NCBI GenBank assembly: GCA_045113935.1
Contig: JBGUJM010000026.1
Span: forward strand, 3,771-67,770
Direction: 5' to 3'
Origin: Anaerovoracaceae bacterium
GTDB lineage: Bacteria > Bacillota > Clostridia > Peptostreptococcales > Anaerovoracaceae
DNA: 64,000 nucleotides
Below the pieces are notes generated by a model. That model saw only the letters and a list, made by a program, of their open reading frames with translations, had not been told where the DNA came from and made no database searches. The position numbers and the translations under genes were made by a program. Below are positions 18,378-27,150 of this stretch, piece after piece. The number at the start of each line of letters is the position of its first letter. Position 1 is the first letter of the stretch.

Positions 18378-19352
18378 ATGCTGGCAATTCTGACAGGTAT
18401 TGCGGCCGGAGCAGCCTCTACTGCGCAGGCAAGTGTCAACGGGAGGATAAGGGAGGACTACAGATCGACATATCTGACAGCTGTCCTCAGCTTTATCGTG
18501 GCCATGCTGATACTTATTCTGGCGGTCCTGGCAACTGAACACAATCTGGACATACCTTTCAGAGAGATCGCGGGATATCCGTTCTGGATATGGCTGGGAG
18601 GCTCATGCGGCACAGCGATCATAACGCTCAATGTTGTGTGCCTGCCTTATCTCGGCAGCGCCCGCAATGTCATGATCATATGCTTCGGACAAACGATGTT
18701 CGGGCTCCTGATCGATCACGCAGGATTGCTCGGATCACCGGTGGTCAGGATGTCTCTGTGGAGATTCATCGGAGCCGTCGTGGTTATCATAGGGGCAGCA
18801 CTGGTCAATGGAATAAAGTTCAGGGAGAGTGAAGCTCCCGGCGATGGAAGTTCGGATAATGCAGCCGGTTCAGAGGGAAGAATTCTGCTGTATATGCTGC
18901 TGGCGTTCCTTAACGGCTTTGCCTGCGCGGCACAGGTAGCCATCAACGGCAGTCTGAATACAGTCGTCGGATCAGCAGCTAAAGCTACGCTGATATCCAT
19001 GACTGTGGGACTGCTGACAACAGTTCTGCTGATCTTCCTTATTATCCTGATAAAAGGCAGAATGGCGATCTATGACGCCGGCATCCGGGGAACCGGGCTG
19101 GTTCGAGGTTTCAGACCCTGGATGGCTATAGGCGGTACACTTTCGATCGTAGTGGTGTGCGGCAACGCGATAACCGCTCCGGTGCTGGGAACGGGCATTG
19201 TGACCATCCTCAATCTGATAGGAATGATGGGCGCCGGTCTCATCATTGACGCTATTGGATTCCTTGGCATAGAGAAAAAGCCTGTAACGGCAGCCAAGGT
19301 GACCGGGATGGTGCTGATGACAGCCGGAACAGCAATTATTTCATTAATGTAG
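18378..19352 (+). CDS. DMT-superfamily membrane protein, internally duplicated YdcZ/DUF606-like
   Basis: Two ~140-aa hydrophobic halves each contain an 'AQ(A/V).(V/I)NG.L' motif. They are joined by a polar linker, 'RESEAPGDGSSDNAAGSEG'. Confidence 0.6.
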   Translation: MLAILTGIAAGAASTAQASVNGRIREDYRSTYLTAVLSFIVAMLILILAVLATEHNLDIPFREIAGYPFWIWLGGSCGTAIITLNVVCLPYLGSARNVMIICFGQTMFGLLIDHAGLLGSPVVRMSLWRFIGAVVVIIGAALVNGIKFRESEAPGDGSSDNAAGSEGRILLYMLLAFLNGFACAAQVAINGSLNTVVGSAAKATLISMTVGLLTTVLLIFLIILIKGRMAIYDAGIRGTGLVRGFRPWMAIGGTLSIVVVCGNAITAPVLGTGIVTILNLIGMMGAGLIIDAIGFLGIEKKPVTAAKVTGMVLMTAGTAIISLM

Positions 19353-19382
19353 TATACAGGGGTTTGGCAAAAGGAGATACTT

Positions 19383-20216
19383 ATGAACAAGATAAAAATA
19401 GCAAGTCTGCAGCTTAAGGTGAAGCAGGACAAGTATGAGAACATCGAAAGGCTGGCAGAGATACTAGCCGGCGGCGAGACGGATGGTGCTGATTTCATCA
19501 GTCTGCCGGAAATGTGGAGCTGCCCGTATGTTACGGAACTGTTTCCGGAGTATGCCGAGCCGGAGGGGGAAGGTGATACATGGCTCGCGATGTCAACACT
19601 TGCCAGAAAACACAAAGTATATCTGATCGGCGGATCTATCCCTGAGTGTGACAGTGAGGGAAGGACATACAATACGAGCTATGTTTTTGACCGTGAAGGC
19701 AGGCAGATCGGCAAGCACCGCAAGGTGCATCTGTTTGATATATACGCACATGGTCAGCAGGTATTCAAAGAGTCCGACACTCTGACCGGAGGAGACAACT
19801 TTACGGTATTTGACACGGAATTCTGTAAGATGGCGGTCAATATATGTTTTGACATAAGGTTTCCTGAGAGTTCCAGACTGCCTGCGCTCGCGGGAGCCAG
19901 AGTAATATTCAATCCCGCGGCGTTCAACATGACGACCGGTCCGGTTCACTGGGAACTCGGATTCCGTCAGAGAGCTATAGAGAATCAGATCTACATGATA
20001 GGAACTTCAACAGCAAGGAATCCTGAGGCATCCTATAAAGCATGGGGCCATTCCATTATCACTGATCCATGGGGAACCGTTGTAATGCAGATGGATGAAA
20101 AACCGGGAGTGAATGTGACAGAGATAGATCTTGATTATATAGATGAGATTAGAGCAAAACTGCCTCTGATGTCTGCCCGCAGGACAGATGTATATGAACT
20201 GAAGGAAGTAAAATAA
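19383..20216 (+). CDS. Carbon-nitrogen hydrolase family protein (omega-amidase/nitrilase-like)
   Basis: E-K-C triad contexts: 'SLPEMW', 'HRKVHLFD' and 'VNICFDIRFPE'. Confidence 0.8.
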   Translation: MNKIKIASLQLKVKQDKYENIERLAEILAGGETDGADFISLPEMWSCPYVTELFPEYAEPEGEGDTWLAMSTLARKHKVYLIGGSIPECDSEGRTYNTSYVFDREGRQIGKHRKVHLFDIYAHGQQVFKESDTLTGGDNFTVFDTEFCKMAVNICFDIRFPESSRLPALAGARVIFNPAAFNMTTGPVHWELGFRQRAIENQIYMIGTSTARNPEASYKAWGHSIITDPWGTVVMQMDEKPGVNVTEIDLDYIDEIRAKLPLMSARRTDVYELKEVK

Positions 20217-20328
20217 AATACATATTTATTGCGCGAAAACGTTTTAGGTGATATTATACAGCTTGAGAAGACAGAACTGTTTTCTCAGACAAGGTATCTG
20301 CGTCATGCAGCAGAGAGGAGGAAAGGGT

Positions 20329-20610
20329 ATGGCAACCAACAAATCAGGAATGAGACCGGGCATGTCAGGCGGCAAGCCGAATGCGGATCTCGGTCAGGCA
20401 TTGCTTGCAGTGATCGGGATAGGACTGGCGGGAGGAATCGCTCTTGTCGGCGGTGCTGTCAAGCTTGGAGAGAAGATGCTGGACCTTCAGGTCAAGGCAT
20501 ATGAAAAGATCGAAAGCGAGCGTGAAGCTCACAGGGAACTTGTGAGACAGGCGACAGCGAATGAATTGGAGTTCGGAGTTGATCCGGACGCATCCGAGAA
20601 GGAGGAATAA
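20329..20610 (+). CDS. Small membrane protein with a glycine-zipper TM, hypothetical
   Basis: The ATG at 20329 follows GAGGAGGAAAGGGT. 'ALLAVIGIGLAGGIALVGGAV' is a TM segment followed by a charged tail. It is tightly linked to the next gene. Confidence 0.55.
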   Translation: MATNKSGMRPGMSGGKPNADLGQALLAVIGIGLAGGIALVGGAVKLGEKMLDLQVKAYEKIESEREAHRELVRQATANELEFGVDPDASEKEE

Positions 20611-20612
20611 CA

Positions 20613-21224
20613 ATGTTCGATTCAATTATGACAATGGTGCAGGAAACCCAGAACACCAGCGTATCCTATACTGCTGATATCATGGGCATAGCAGCCATCG
20701 TGGGAATGTGGAAGATGTTTGAGAAGGCCGGAGAACCGGGCTGGCCGGCTCTTATCCCTTTCTATAACATGTATAAGTTCTGCGGGATCGTAATGGGCAA
20801 CCCATGGTACTGGGTCAGATTCTTTGTTTTTGTGATCCCGATCGTCGGCTGGATTGCAGGTATCTACTTCTTGTGGCAGATGTGCAAAGCTACTGCCCTG
20901 GCATATGGCAAGCCGGACAGCTGGGCATGGGGCTATCTGTTCCTGAGCGGTGTTTTCTACTGTATTACCGGATTTGACCAGTCAGTTTACTACGGCCCGA
21001 TGGGTGCGGGGGATCACAGGACTGCAACAGCCAAAGAGTCGAAGACAGTCAATTTCGATGTGGTCAGAAACCAGCCTGACGTTCAGGCGCGTCCTGTAGA
21101 AGTTGAACCGGCATCCGAGTTCCGGAGCTTCCAGGACTACAGCCAGCAGACCAAGGTCGACGCGTCGCAGAAACCCGCTGAAGAAGAGACTGTAGATTTC
21201 ATTTTCGATCAGCCGGAAGAATAG
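20613..21224 (+). CDS. DUF5684-like membrane protein
   Basis: 'WKMFEKAGEPGWPALIPFYNMYKF' resembles the DUF5684 signature. There are 3-4 TM segments and an acidic C-terminal tail. Confidence 0.6.
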   Translation: MFDSIMTMVQETQNTSVSYTADIMGIAAIVGMWKMFEKAGEPGWPALIPFYNMYKFCGIVMGNPWYWVRFFVFVIPIVGWIAGIYFLWQMCKATALAYGKPDSWAWGYLFLSGVFYCITGFDQSVYYGPMGAGDHRTATAKESKTVNFDVVRNQPDVQARPVEVEPASEFRSFQDYSQQTKVDASQKPAEEETVDFIFDQPEE

Positions 21225-21242
21225 AATAACGAGCAAAGCCGG

Positions 21243-21270
21243 AAAAGACCCCGCTGCTGCGGGGTCTTTT
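21243..21270. terminator. Bidirectional rho-independent terminator
   Basis: aaaa-gaccccgc-tgct-gcggggtc-tttt has a perfect 8-bp GC-rich stem flanked by A and T tracts. It lies between convergent genes. Confidence 0.85.
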
Positions 21271-21271
21271 G

Positions 21272-21670
21272 TTACTCATCTTCGTAATTATCGATCTTGA
21301 TATCCGATTTCTCATTGACATGCTTGCATATGGCAACATATGTATCATGTGAGATTACATGTTCTATCTTGCAGGCGTCTTCTTCAGCCTGTTCGGGATC
21401 CACACCCAGCAGTTCCAGGAATGTCCTGAGAGCTTTGTGCCTCTGATAGATACGGTTCGCTATCTTGCGGCCCGGAGGAGCCAGAGTAATAGGTCCGTTG
21501 GCTTCCATGTTGATATAGCCGCTCTCTCTGAGCCGTTTGACGGCATATGAAACGCTCGGCTTGGTGACTCCAAGGTGTTTTGCTATATCTATGGAACGTA
21601 TATAGCCGTACTTCTCCTCGAGGATTAGCATAGTCTCGAGATAATCTTCTGCTGACTGGTGTATCTTCAT
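21272..21670 (-). CDS. DtxR/MntR-family metal-dependent transcriptional regulator, short form without an SH3 domain
   Basis: 'SAEDYLETMLILEEKYGYIRSIDIAKHLGVTKPSVSYAVKRL' is a winged HTH. 'HKALRTFL..LGV...AEEDACKIEHVIS' is a metal-binding/dimerisation helix pattern. Confidence 0.8.
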   Translation of the reverse strand: MKIHQSAEDYLETMLILEEKYGYIRSIDIAKHLGVTKPSVSYAVKRLRESGYINMEANGPITLAPPGRKIANRIYQRHKALRTFLELLGVDPEQAEEDACKIEHVISHDTYVAICKHVNEKSDIKIDNYEDE

Positions 21671-21972
21671 ATCATTGTCCTTGTTTTTTCCCGGAATCCT
21701 ATCGAATAATCATAACATATCATAATGCAGGAATATAAGCAAGACAGGCAGATCCGGTGCAGTCTCATCATCTTCGCAAAGTGGTTTTCTGTCATTGTTT
21801 TGGACTGCCTTGTACTAACTGATACAGCCATCTTGCAAGTCATCAAAAGAGTGTGGTACACTCGTTTTTGTACAGATTGCGCAGCGTAGGTGCGCCCGTT
21901 ATTTATATACCGGGGACCGGGAAGGTGTACGGCGCAGCGTGTATTATTTCAAAGAAGAGAGGAGTAATTATT

Positions 21973-22515
21973 ATGGCAAAATGGGTATGTAGCGTATGCG
22001 GATATGTTCATGAAGGCGACACACCACCGGAAAGATGTCCACAGTGCAAGGTTCCTGCAGAGAAGTTCATCAAGCAGGAGAGCGAGATGACATGGGCAGC
22101 TGAGCATGTTGTAGGAGTAGCACAGGGGGTTGATCCTGAGATCATCGAGGATCTGAGAGCTAACTTCAACGGTGAGTGCTCAGAGGTAGGTATGTATCTT
22201 GCAATGTCAAGAGTTGCTTACAGAGAAGGTTATCCTGAGATCGGCGAGTACTGGAAGACAGCTGCTTTCGAAGAAGCTGAGCACGCAGCTAAGTTCGCGG
22301 AGCTTCTCGGCGAGGTCGTAACAGACAGCACCAAGAAGAATCTTGAGATGAGAGTAGAGGCTGAGAACGGCGCTACACTCGGCAAGACAATGCTTGCTAA
22401 GAAGGCTAAAGAGCAGGGACTCGACGCTATCCATGACACAGTTCACGAGATGGCAAGAGACGAGGCAAGACACGGCAAGGCATTTGCAGGACTTCTGAAG
22501 AGATACTTCGGCTAA
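21973..22515 (+). CDS. rbr: Reverse rubrerythrin (N-terminal rubredoxin-like Cys4 domain plus diiron four-helix bundle)
   Basis: '[25 protein letters not shown]' followed by the ExxH diiron motifs 'EEAEHAAKF' and '[11 protein letters not shown]'. The ATG at 21973 follows AGAGGAG. Confidence 0.85.
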   Translation: MAKWVCSVCGYVHEGDTPPERCPQCKVPAEKFIKQESEMTWAAEHVVGVAQGVDPEIIEDLRANFNGECSEVGMYLAMSRVAYREGYPEIGEYWKTAAFEEAEHAAKFAELLGEVVTDSTKKNLEMRVEAENGATLGKTMLAKKAKEQGLDAIHDTVHEMARDEARHGKAFAGLLKRYFG

Positions 22516-22782
22516 GCAACAAGGGGGACCGCCTGCGCAGCAGGTGGTGGATGCCTTATTGCAACAACTAATCAGAAAGGCTGAAATACTGACAATCTGA
22601 AACGATTGGAATAGAGGTTGGGGATTAAACTCTGACCTCTTTTCTTATGTGAGAATGTCACTGACAGCAGTGGTGCGGCAGCAGGGAACGTTTTTACCGC
22701 AAGGATAATGGAACGGTCTCCTGCCTTGTGATAAACTTGTAACATTAACAAAGAAGGCACACTGCCTGAGAAAGGAGAAAAC

Positions 22783-23169
22783 ATGGCAAATTCAGATCTG
22801 GCAAAATTCCGTGAATTACTTAATACAGATGCAGAATTTCAGGAAAAACTGAGAGAGGCTGCAGCGTCATACACAGGAGAACCGGATGAAAGGGCGGTCT
22901 TTGATAACCTGCTTGTACCGCTGGCGAAAGAATACGGACTTTCGGCAACGTTCGAAGAGTTTGCAGAATACCTGGGAACTTTCATGAGCGGCGGAGAGAT
23001 GGAACTTTCTGAAGATGAGCTGGCAATGGTTGCCGGAGGAAAAGGGGCCTGCCTCGTTGTCGGAGGAAGTGACGGGCCTGAAGTTGACGCAAATACCTAT
23101 TCCGAAGGTGGAGAAGCGCATGCCTGCTATTATATCGGAGTCGGTATTGCAATACCGTTTGGTGATTAA
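22783..23169 (+). CDS. Nif11-type leader peptide precursor with a double-glycine cleavage motif (RiPP/bacteriocin precursor candidate)
   Basis: 'MANSDLAKFRELLNTDAEFQEKLREAA...AKEYGLSATFEEFAEYL...ELSEDELAMVAGG' follows the Nif11-leader pattern (TIGR03798-like). A 42-aa core follows: 'KGACLVVGGSDGPEVDANTYSEGGEAHACYYIGVGIAIPFGD'. The RBS is AAAGGAGAAAAC-ATG. Confidence 0.7.
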   Translation: MANSDLAKFRELLNTDAEFQEKLREAAASYTGEPDERAVFDNLLVPLAKEYGLSATFEEFAEYLGTFMSGGEMELSEDELAMVAGGKGACLVVGGSDGPEVDANTYSEGGEAHACYYIGVGIAIPFGD

Positions 23170-23358
23170 CAAGAAAAGCGGTGTGTAAAAGCGCCCTTTG
23201 GAGATGTATTAATGGCTGAAATATCAGCAATCTGAAAGACACATTGTGGTATCAAAGACTTTATAAAGTGGTACCAAAGATGATGAAAAGACGTAATAAA
23301 GATGTTATAATGATGCTTGAAAGTAGCTATAGTTTTCAAAGGGAAAAAGGACTCAAAT

Positions 23359-23481
23359 ATGAAGAATAACAAAGATTTTCCACTGATGGCATTTACTTTC
23401 TTTTATGCTGTTGCCATCTATACCATGTGTATAGGGTTTTATTTTTGGGATAAAAACAACACTTTAAAAAAAGAAAAGTAG
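23359..23481 (+). CDS. 40-aa single-TM small ORF, possible immunity or accessory peptide (hypothetical)
   Basis: It is below the ORF-track length cutoff. The peptide is MKNNKDFPLMAFTFFYAVAIYTMCIGFYFWDKNNTLKKEK. AAAGGA lies 7 nt upstream, an extended -10 TGTTATAAT sits at 23303-23311, and a terminator follows at 23540. Confidence 0.35.
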   Translation: MKNNKDFPLMAFTFFYAVAIYTMCIGFYFWDKNNTLKKEK

Positions 23482-23539
23482 AGACACAAAGAGGCGTTTG
23501 CCGGTCTGCTCACACTCACTGAGTATCAAGGGTAAAGGA

Positions 23540-23575
23540 AGAGACTATCAACACCACGATAGTCTCTTTTCTTGT
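23540..23575 (+). terminator. Rho-independent terminator
   Basis: 11-bp stem aagagactatc / gatagtctctt with an 8-nt loop, followed by a T-rich tract (ttcttgt). Confidence 0.75.
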
Positions 23576-23679
23576 ATAAGGTTTTTTGGTGATGCAGAAT
23601 ATATCCGGGCGGTGTTATAATCGCAAAAGAAAGGAGTACATCTCTTATGCCGGGCATTGCTTAGGAGACACTACGGTTA

Positions 23680-24183
23680 ATGAAAGATATTTTTTACTCG
23701 GTTTTGTTCCTGATCATTGAGGTAGGGGCTTTTATGTTCTTCGGGACGCATCATGCGCTGACCGGAGGTTTCACCATCATTTTGCTGATTCTGATTGCCA
23801 AAAACATATTCGTTCTGTATACCTCATTGAAAAAGGATAAGCCTCAGGAGGCTGAAATACAGCAGGCTGCCGGTACACCTTCTGCCGGAGCACCGTTATC
23901 TGATCAGACTGCTTTTTCTGATGGATCCCTGGCGAGAATAGAAAGAGCGCTTGCCGAAGCGACCATAGCCAATCCACTGTTTCGGTACACAGCTTCCGCA
24001 GAAAGGCTCACCGCAAGCTATGGATATGGCGAAGGAATGGATGTTTACTCAGACGGAACGCTTTACATCTGTGAATATCACAGAGAACGTTCGAATGACT
24101 TGAAATATGAGGACAGCGAAGAAGCTGCAGTCAGCCGTTTTATAAGAGGATGTCAGGTCGGGATGGTCAGGATGACCAGATGA
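23680..24183 (+). CDS. Hypothetical membrane protein with two N-terminal TM segments
   Basis: 167-aa ORF, 'VLFLIIEVGAFMFFG' / 'FTIILLILIAKNIFVLY', with no recognisable family. An extended -10 TGTTATAAT lies at 23613-23621. Confidence 0.5.
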   Translation: MKDIFYSVLFLIIEVGAFMFFGTHHALTGGFTIILLILIAKNIFVLYTSLKKDKPQEAEIQQAAGTPSAGAPLSDQTAFSDGSLARIERALAEATIANPLFRYTASAERLTASYGYGEGMDVYSDGTLYICEYHRERSNDLKYEDSEEAAVSRFIRGCQVGMVRMTR

Positions 24184-24405
24184 ATACCGGCCAACTGTCC
24201 AAGTATTTATCCCTTTTTAAATCGCTCCATAATTACCTGTAATTGTCAGATTCTTAACGGGCAAAAAAACGCCAAAATACTTCATTGTGACGATATTGTG
24301 ATTAAAAATATGCTATAATGAGACCAATAATTTATGAATGGGATCTGAGTCTTGAGATCCTGTCATATTGTGTATTGATAGGTTAATGCAGAAGGGAAGG
24401 AAGTT

Positions 24406-25680
24406 ATGACGAAAGGAATGAAAAAATTATTATCTCCTATCCTGCTGATCAGTCTTTTGGTTGGGTTGATGCTGGTGCTTACCACAACATTCTCGCTTGC
24501 AGAATCCGAAGCTGATAAAAAGGCTGTGAATGGCGTGGAGAACAGCAGTGATGAATCTACCGAAGTGAATGATCAGATATCTGAGGATGAAGAGATTCAG
24601 CTGGAAAAGGTAGCTAAAGAAGCAAAAAATGTAGTGTCAGATGATGAAGACTATATACGTCTCTCTTCTCCGGCTCCTAATTCTATACATTATATTGGAG
24701 ACTACATTTATTTTAAGTTTCAGTGCTATGATACTTGGCAAAGTTATTACACCACCCCAACGATCGTTATTACTGATAGCAGCGGGGATATTATAGATTC
24801 CTTAAAAAGTAATACCGTTGTTTCTGTCAATGCCTGGAGTTCATTTAACTGGAAAATGGAATTATCTTCTTATGACTACAGTCCGGGAACATATTACGTT
24901 TACCTGTTTAATATTCCAAGCAGCAGCAGCGGAACATATGTAGATGGCTGGTCCGATTGGGATGTACCGGCGGTTAGAGTTCCGATCAGTGTCAGGAGGA
25001 ATACTTCTCCTCTTGGTGTAAAATCATTATGGGCATCAAAACATATGACCGGAAAAGTATTATTCAAGTGGTCAGCAAAAGATAACAGGGCGCCTAAGGG
25101 ATGGAGAATCAAGTACAGAACTCGAGTGATCGGCGGATCCGGCAGCTGGGGTTACTGGAAGTATGGTTCTACTGCCGGCGACGTAATGCAGGCAGAGATT
25201 TCTGTATGGACCAATAGTCCGAATGGCGCAGTAGTTGAGGTGCATGCTCAGGCAGAAGGTGACAGTACCTGGTCCACAGGAATCATCACTTGCCCTGCAG
25301 GCTGCAAGTATCAGGCTATGAAGACGACCCATGTTTATAATGTGGCTGCTAAGAAGAGATTTGCGGAGAGGACTGTAAGCGGCAGCGCAGTAAAACATAT
25401 TACGATCAACATGAAGGTCGGTCAGAAGTTAAAGGTCAAACCTAGCTATGATTATCCTGTAAAGAATTATGTGAGCAGGCCGAGACTTTATCCTACCCAT
25501 ATGCTGTATGATATCGGCAACAAATCAATGATATCCATTTATAAGCCTAATGGAGCAAAATATTCAGGCGGTATCATCGACGGAACTGCTACTATCAAAG
25601 CAACCAAGAGAGGAAAGACAACGATCATCTTCAGGTCTCCGAACGGAAGAACCGTGATTGGAGATGTAACAATCAGATAA
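24406..25680 (+). CDS. Secreted protein with FN3-like and C-terminal Big_2-like Ig domains (hypothetical)
   Basis: The signal peptide is 'KKLLSPILLISLLVGLMLVLTTTFSLAES'. 'LFKWSAKDNRAPKGWRIKY' is FN3-like, and 'GTATIKATKRGKTTIIF..GDVTI' is Big_2-like. The RBS is GAAGGGAAGGAAG. Confidence 0.6.
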   Translation: MTKGMKKLLSPILLISLLVGLMLVLTTTFSLAESEADKKAVNGVENSSDESTEVNDQISEDEEIQLEKVAKEAKNVVSDDEDYIRLSSPAPNSIHYIGDYIYFKFQCYDTWQSYYTTPTIVITDSSGDIIDSLKSNTVVSVNAWSSFNWKMELSSYDYSPGTYYVYLFNIPSSSSGTYVDGWSDWDVPAVRVPISVRRNTSPLGVKSLWASKHMTGKVLFKWSAKDNRAPKGWRIKYRTRVIGGSGSWGYWKYGSTAGDVMQAEISVWTNSPNGAVVEVHAQAEGDSTWSTGIITCPAGCKYQAMKTTHVYNVAAKKRFAERTVSGSAVKHITINMKVGQKLKVKPSYDYPVKNYVSRPRLYPTHMLYDIGNKSMISIYKPNGAKYSGGIIDGTATIKATKRGKTTIIFRSPNGRTVIGDVTIR

Positions 25681-25737
25681 CGCAGATACAGGCGTTCAGA
25701 TCCTGCAAAACAAGAACCCTCCTTTATAAACCTGAGT

Positions 25738-25935
25738 TTATAGAGGAGGGTCTTCGTTTATCTTGTCAGCGGTGTTTTCCTCACTGGTATCTCCGGCATC
25801 CTTTGGCTTTTTAGAATATTTACGGACCTGATATTCATGGAGGATGATGACTCCGATGAGCAGCAGTAAAAGTTTCCACCAGTTATGTGCGATCCATGTA
25901 ATTATTAATGTTGCTAAAAGGACTAACATTGTCAC
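25738..25935 (-). CDS. Small membrane protein (hypothetical)
   Basis: 65 aa with two hydrophobic helices and an acidic tail. It has a strong RBS (AAGGTGGTG) and a TTACTA-17-TATAAT promoter-like element upstream on the minus strand. Confidence 0.5.
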   Translation of the reverse strand: MTMLVLLATLIITWIAHNWWKLLLLLIGVIILHEYQVRKYSKKPKDAGDTSEENTADKINEDPPL

Positions 25936-26003
25936 ACCACCTTATCTTTTTTGTAATTATACTATATCAGTGTGTCCTTAGTAATCTTTTCAGTTCATTT
26001 TAT

Positions 26004-26053
26004 CTTGACTTCATTTATATAAGGTGATATAAAAATGATATCATAATGATATC
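26004..26053 (+). promoter_or_regulatory. Sigma-70-type promoter (TTGACT-17-TGnTATAAA) overlapped by TGATAT(CA) operator-like repeats
   Basis: TTGACT lies at 26004-26009 and TATAAA at 26027-26032, preceded by TG. TGATAT starts at 26024, 26035 and 26046, an 11-bp phasing. The last two copies are the full 8-bp palindrome TGATATCA. Confidence 0.6.
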
Positions 26054-26122
26054 ACAATCAACTGGCGTGATCAGAATTGAACATGCCGATTGCGAGCCTT
26101 ATATTATACGGAGGAAAATACA

Positions 26123-27148
26123 ATGGAAAGGGAATACGTTAATGTTGAGCAGAAGGTGCTCAATCCGCCGAGCGGCATACTGATGCTGGCCATACTGATC
26201 CTGGCAAGCATTTTCTCTCTTGTCGGGTTCGTCATCGGACTCGCGGCAGGGAGCTTTGGTCTGATCCTTATATGCATTTTGCTGTGGATCATACTGCCGT
26301 TTATGTTTGCCGGACTCAGAAGTGTCAGACCGAATGAAGCGCTTGTGCTTACGCTTTTCGGCAAGTATTACGGCACTATCATGAAGCCGGGATATTTCTT
26401 TGTGAACCCGTTTGCAAGATACAACAATCCGGCTTATGAAGCACAGGCAGCTGCGGAAGTCGCTGAGAAGGCAGAGATGCTTACGGACTCATCCAAAGTC
26501 AAGTTCAGATCCGGCAAGTCAACAGCGAACAGGGCAAGGAAGACTGTCTCACTCAAGCGCTCAACGCTTGATAACGGAACACAGAAAGTCAATGACGCAC
26601 TCGGTAATCCTGTCATCATCGGAGCTGTTGTCCTCTGGCATGTGGAAGACCCGACCAAAGCTGTATTCAATGTCGAGAATTATACAGAATTCCTGTCGAT
26701 CCAGACAGATTCGACGATCAGAAATACCGCAAGGCTGTACCCGTACGATGTATTCGATGACGATGAGGAAGAGAATGACGGCAAGGCAGAGCAGACACTG
26801 AGAGGCAGTTCCCAGGAGATCGCAGCGAAGATGAAAGTCGAGCTGGCTGAGAAGGTCGCTTTTGCAGGTCTCGTGATTGAGGAAGTACGCATCACGCATC
26901 TTTCCTACGCGGAAGAGATCGCTGCCGCAATGCTTCAGAGGCAGCAGGCTTCAGCGATCATCGCCGCGAGAACCAAGATCGTTGATGGAGCTGTCAGCAT
27001 GGTCAAGATGGCGATCGACAAACTGGGTGAGGATGATATAGTTATGCTCGATGAGGAGCGCAAAGCGCAGATGGTATCCAATCTTCTCGTAGTTCTCTGC
27101 GGCAATAAGGATGCGCAGCCTGTAGTTAACAGCGGATCGGTATATTAG
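26123..27148 (+). CDS. SPFH/Band-7 domain membrane protein
   Basis: N-terminal TM hairpin followed by 'RPNEALVLTLFGKY..PGYFFVNPF' and 'VEEVRITHLSYAEEIAAAMLQRQQA', which is the SPFH core plus coiled coil. The ATG at 26123 follows GGAGGAAAA. Confidence 0.8.
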   Translation: MEREYVNVEQKVLNPPSGILMLAILILASIFSLVGFVIGLAAGSFGLILICILLWIILPFMFAGLRSVRPNEALVLTLFGKYYGTIMKPGYFFVNPFARYNNPAYEAQAAAEVAEKAEMLTDSSKVKFRSGKSTANRARKTVSLKRSTLDNGTQKVNDALGNPVIIGAVVLWHVEDPTKAVFNVENYTEFLSIQTDSTIRNTARLYPYDVFDDDEEENDGKAEQTLRGSSQEIAAKMKVELAEKVAFAGLVIEEVRITHLSYAEEIAAAMLQRQQASAIIAARTKIVDGAVSMVKMAIDKLGEDDIVMLDEERKAQMVSNLLVVLCGNKDAQPVVNSGSVY

Positions 27149-27150
27149 AA

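Noticed and set aside
21667-21861. 64-aa minus-strand ORF upstream of the DtxR-like gene
   Set aside because: It is Cys/Met-rich with no RBS, and it lies in the divergent promoter region. It is probably non-coding.
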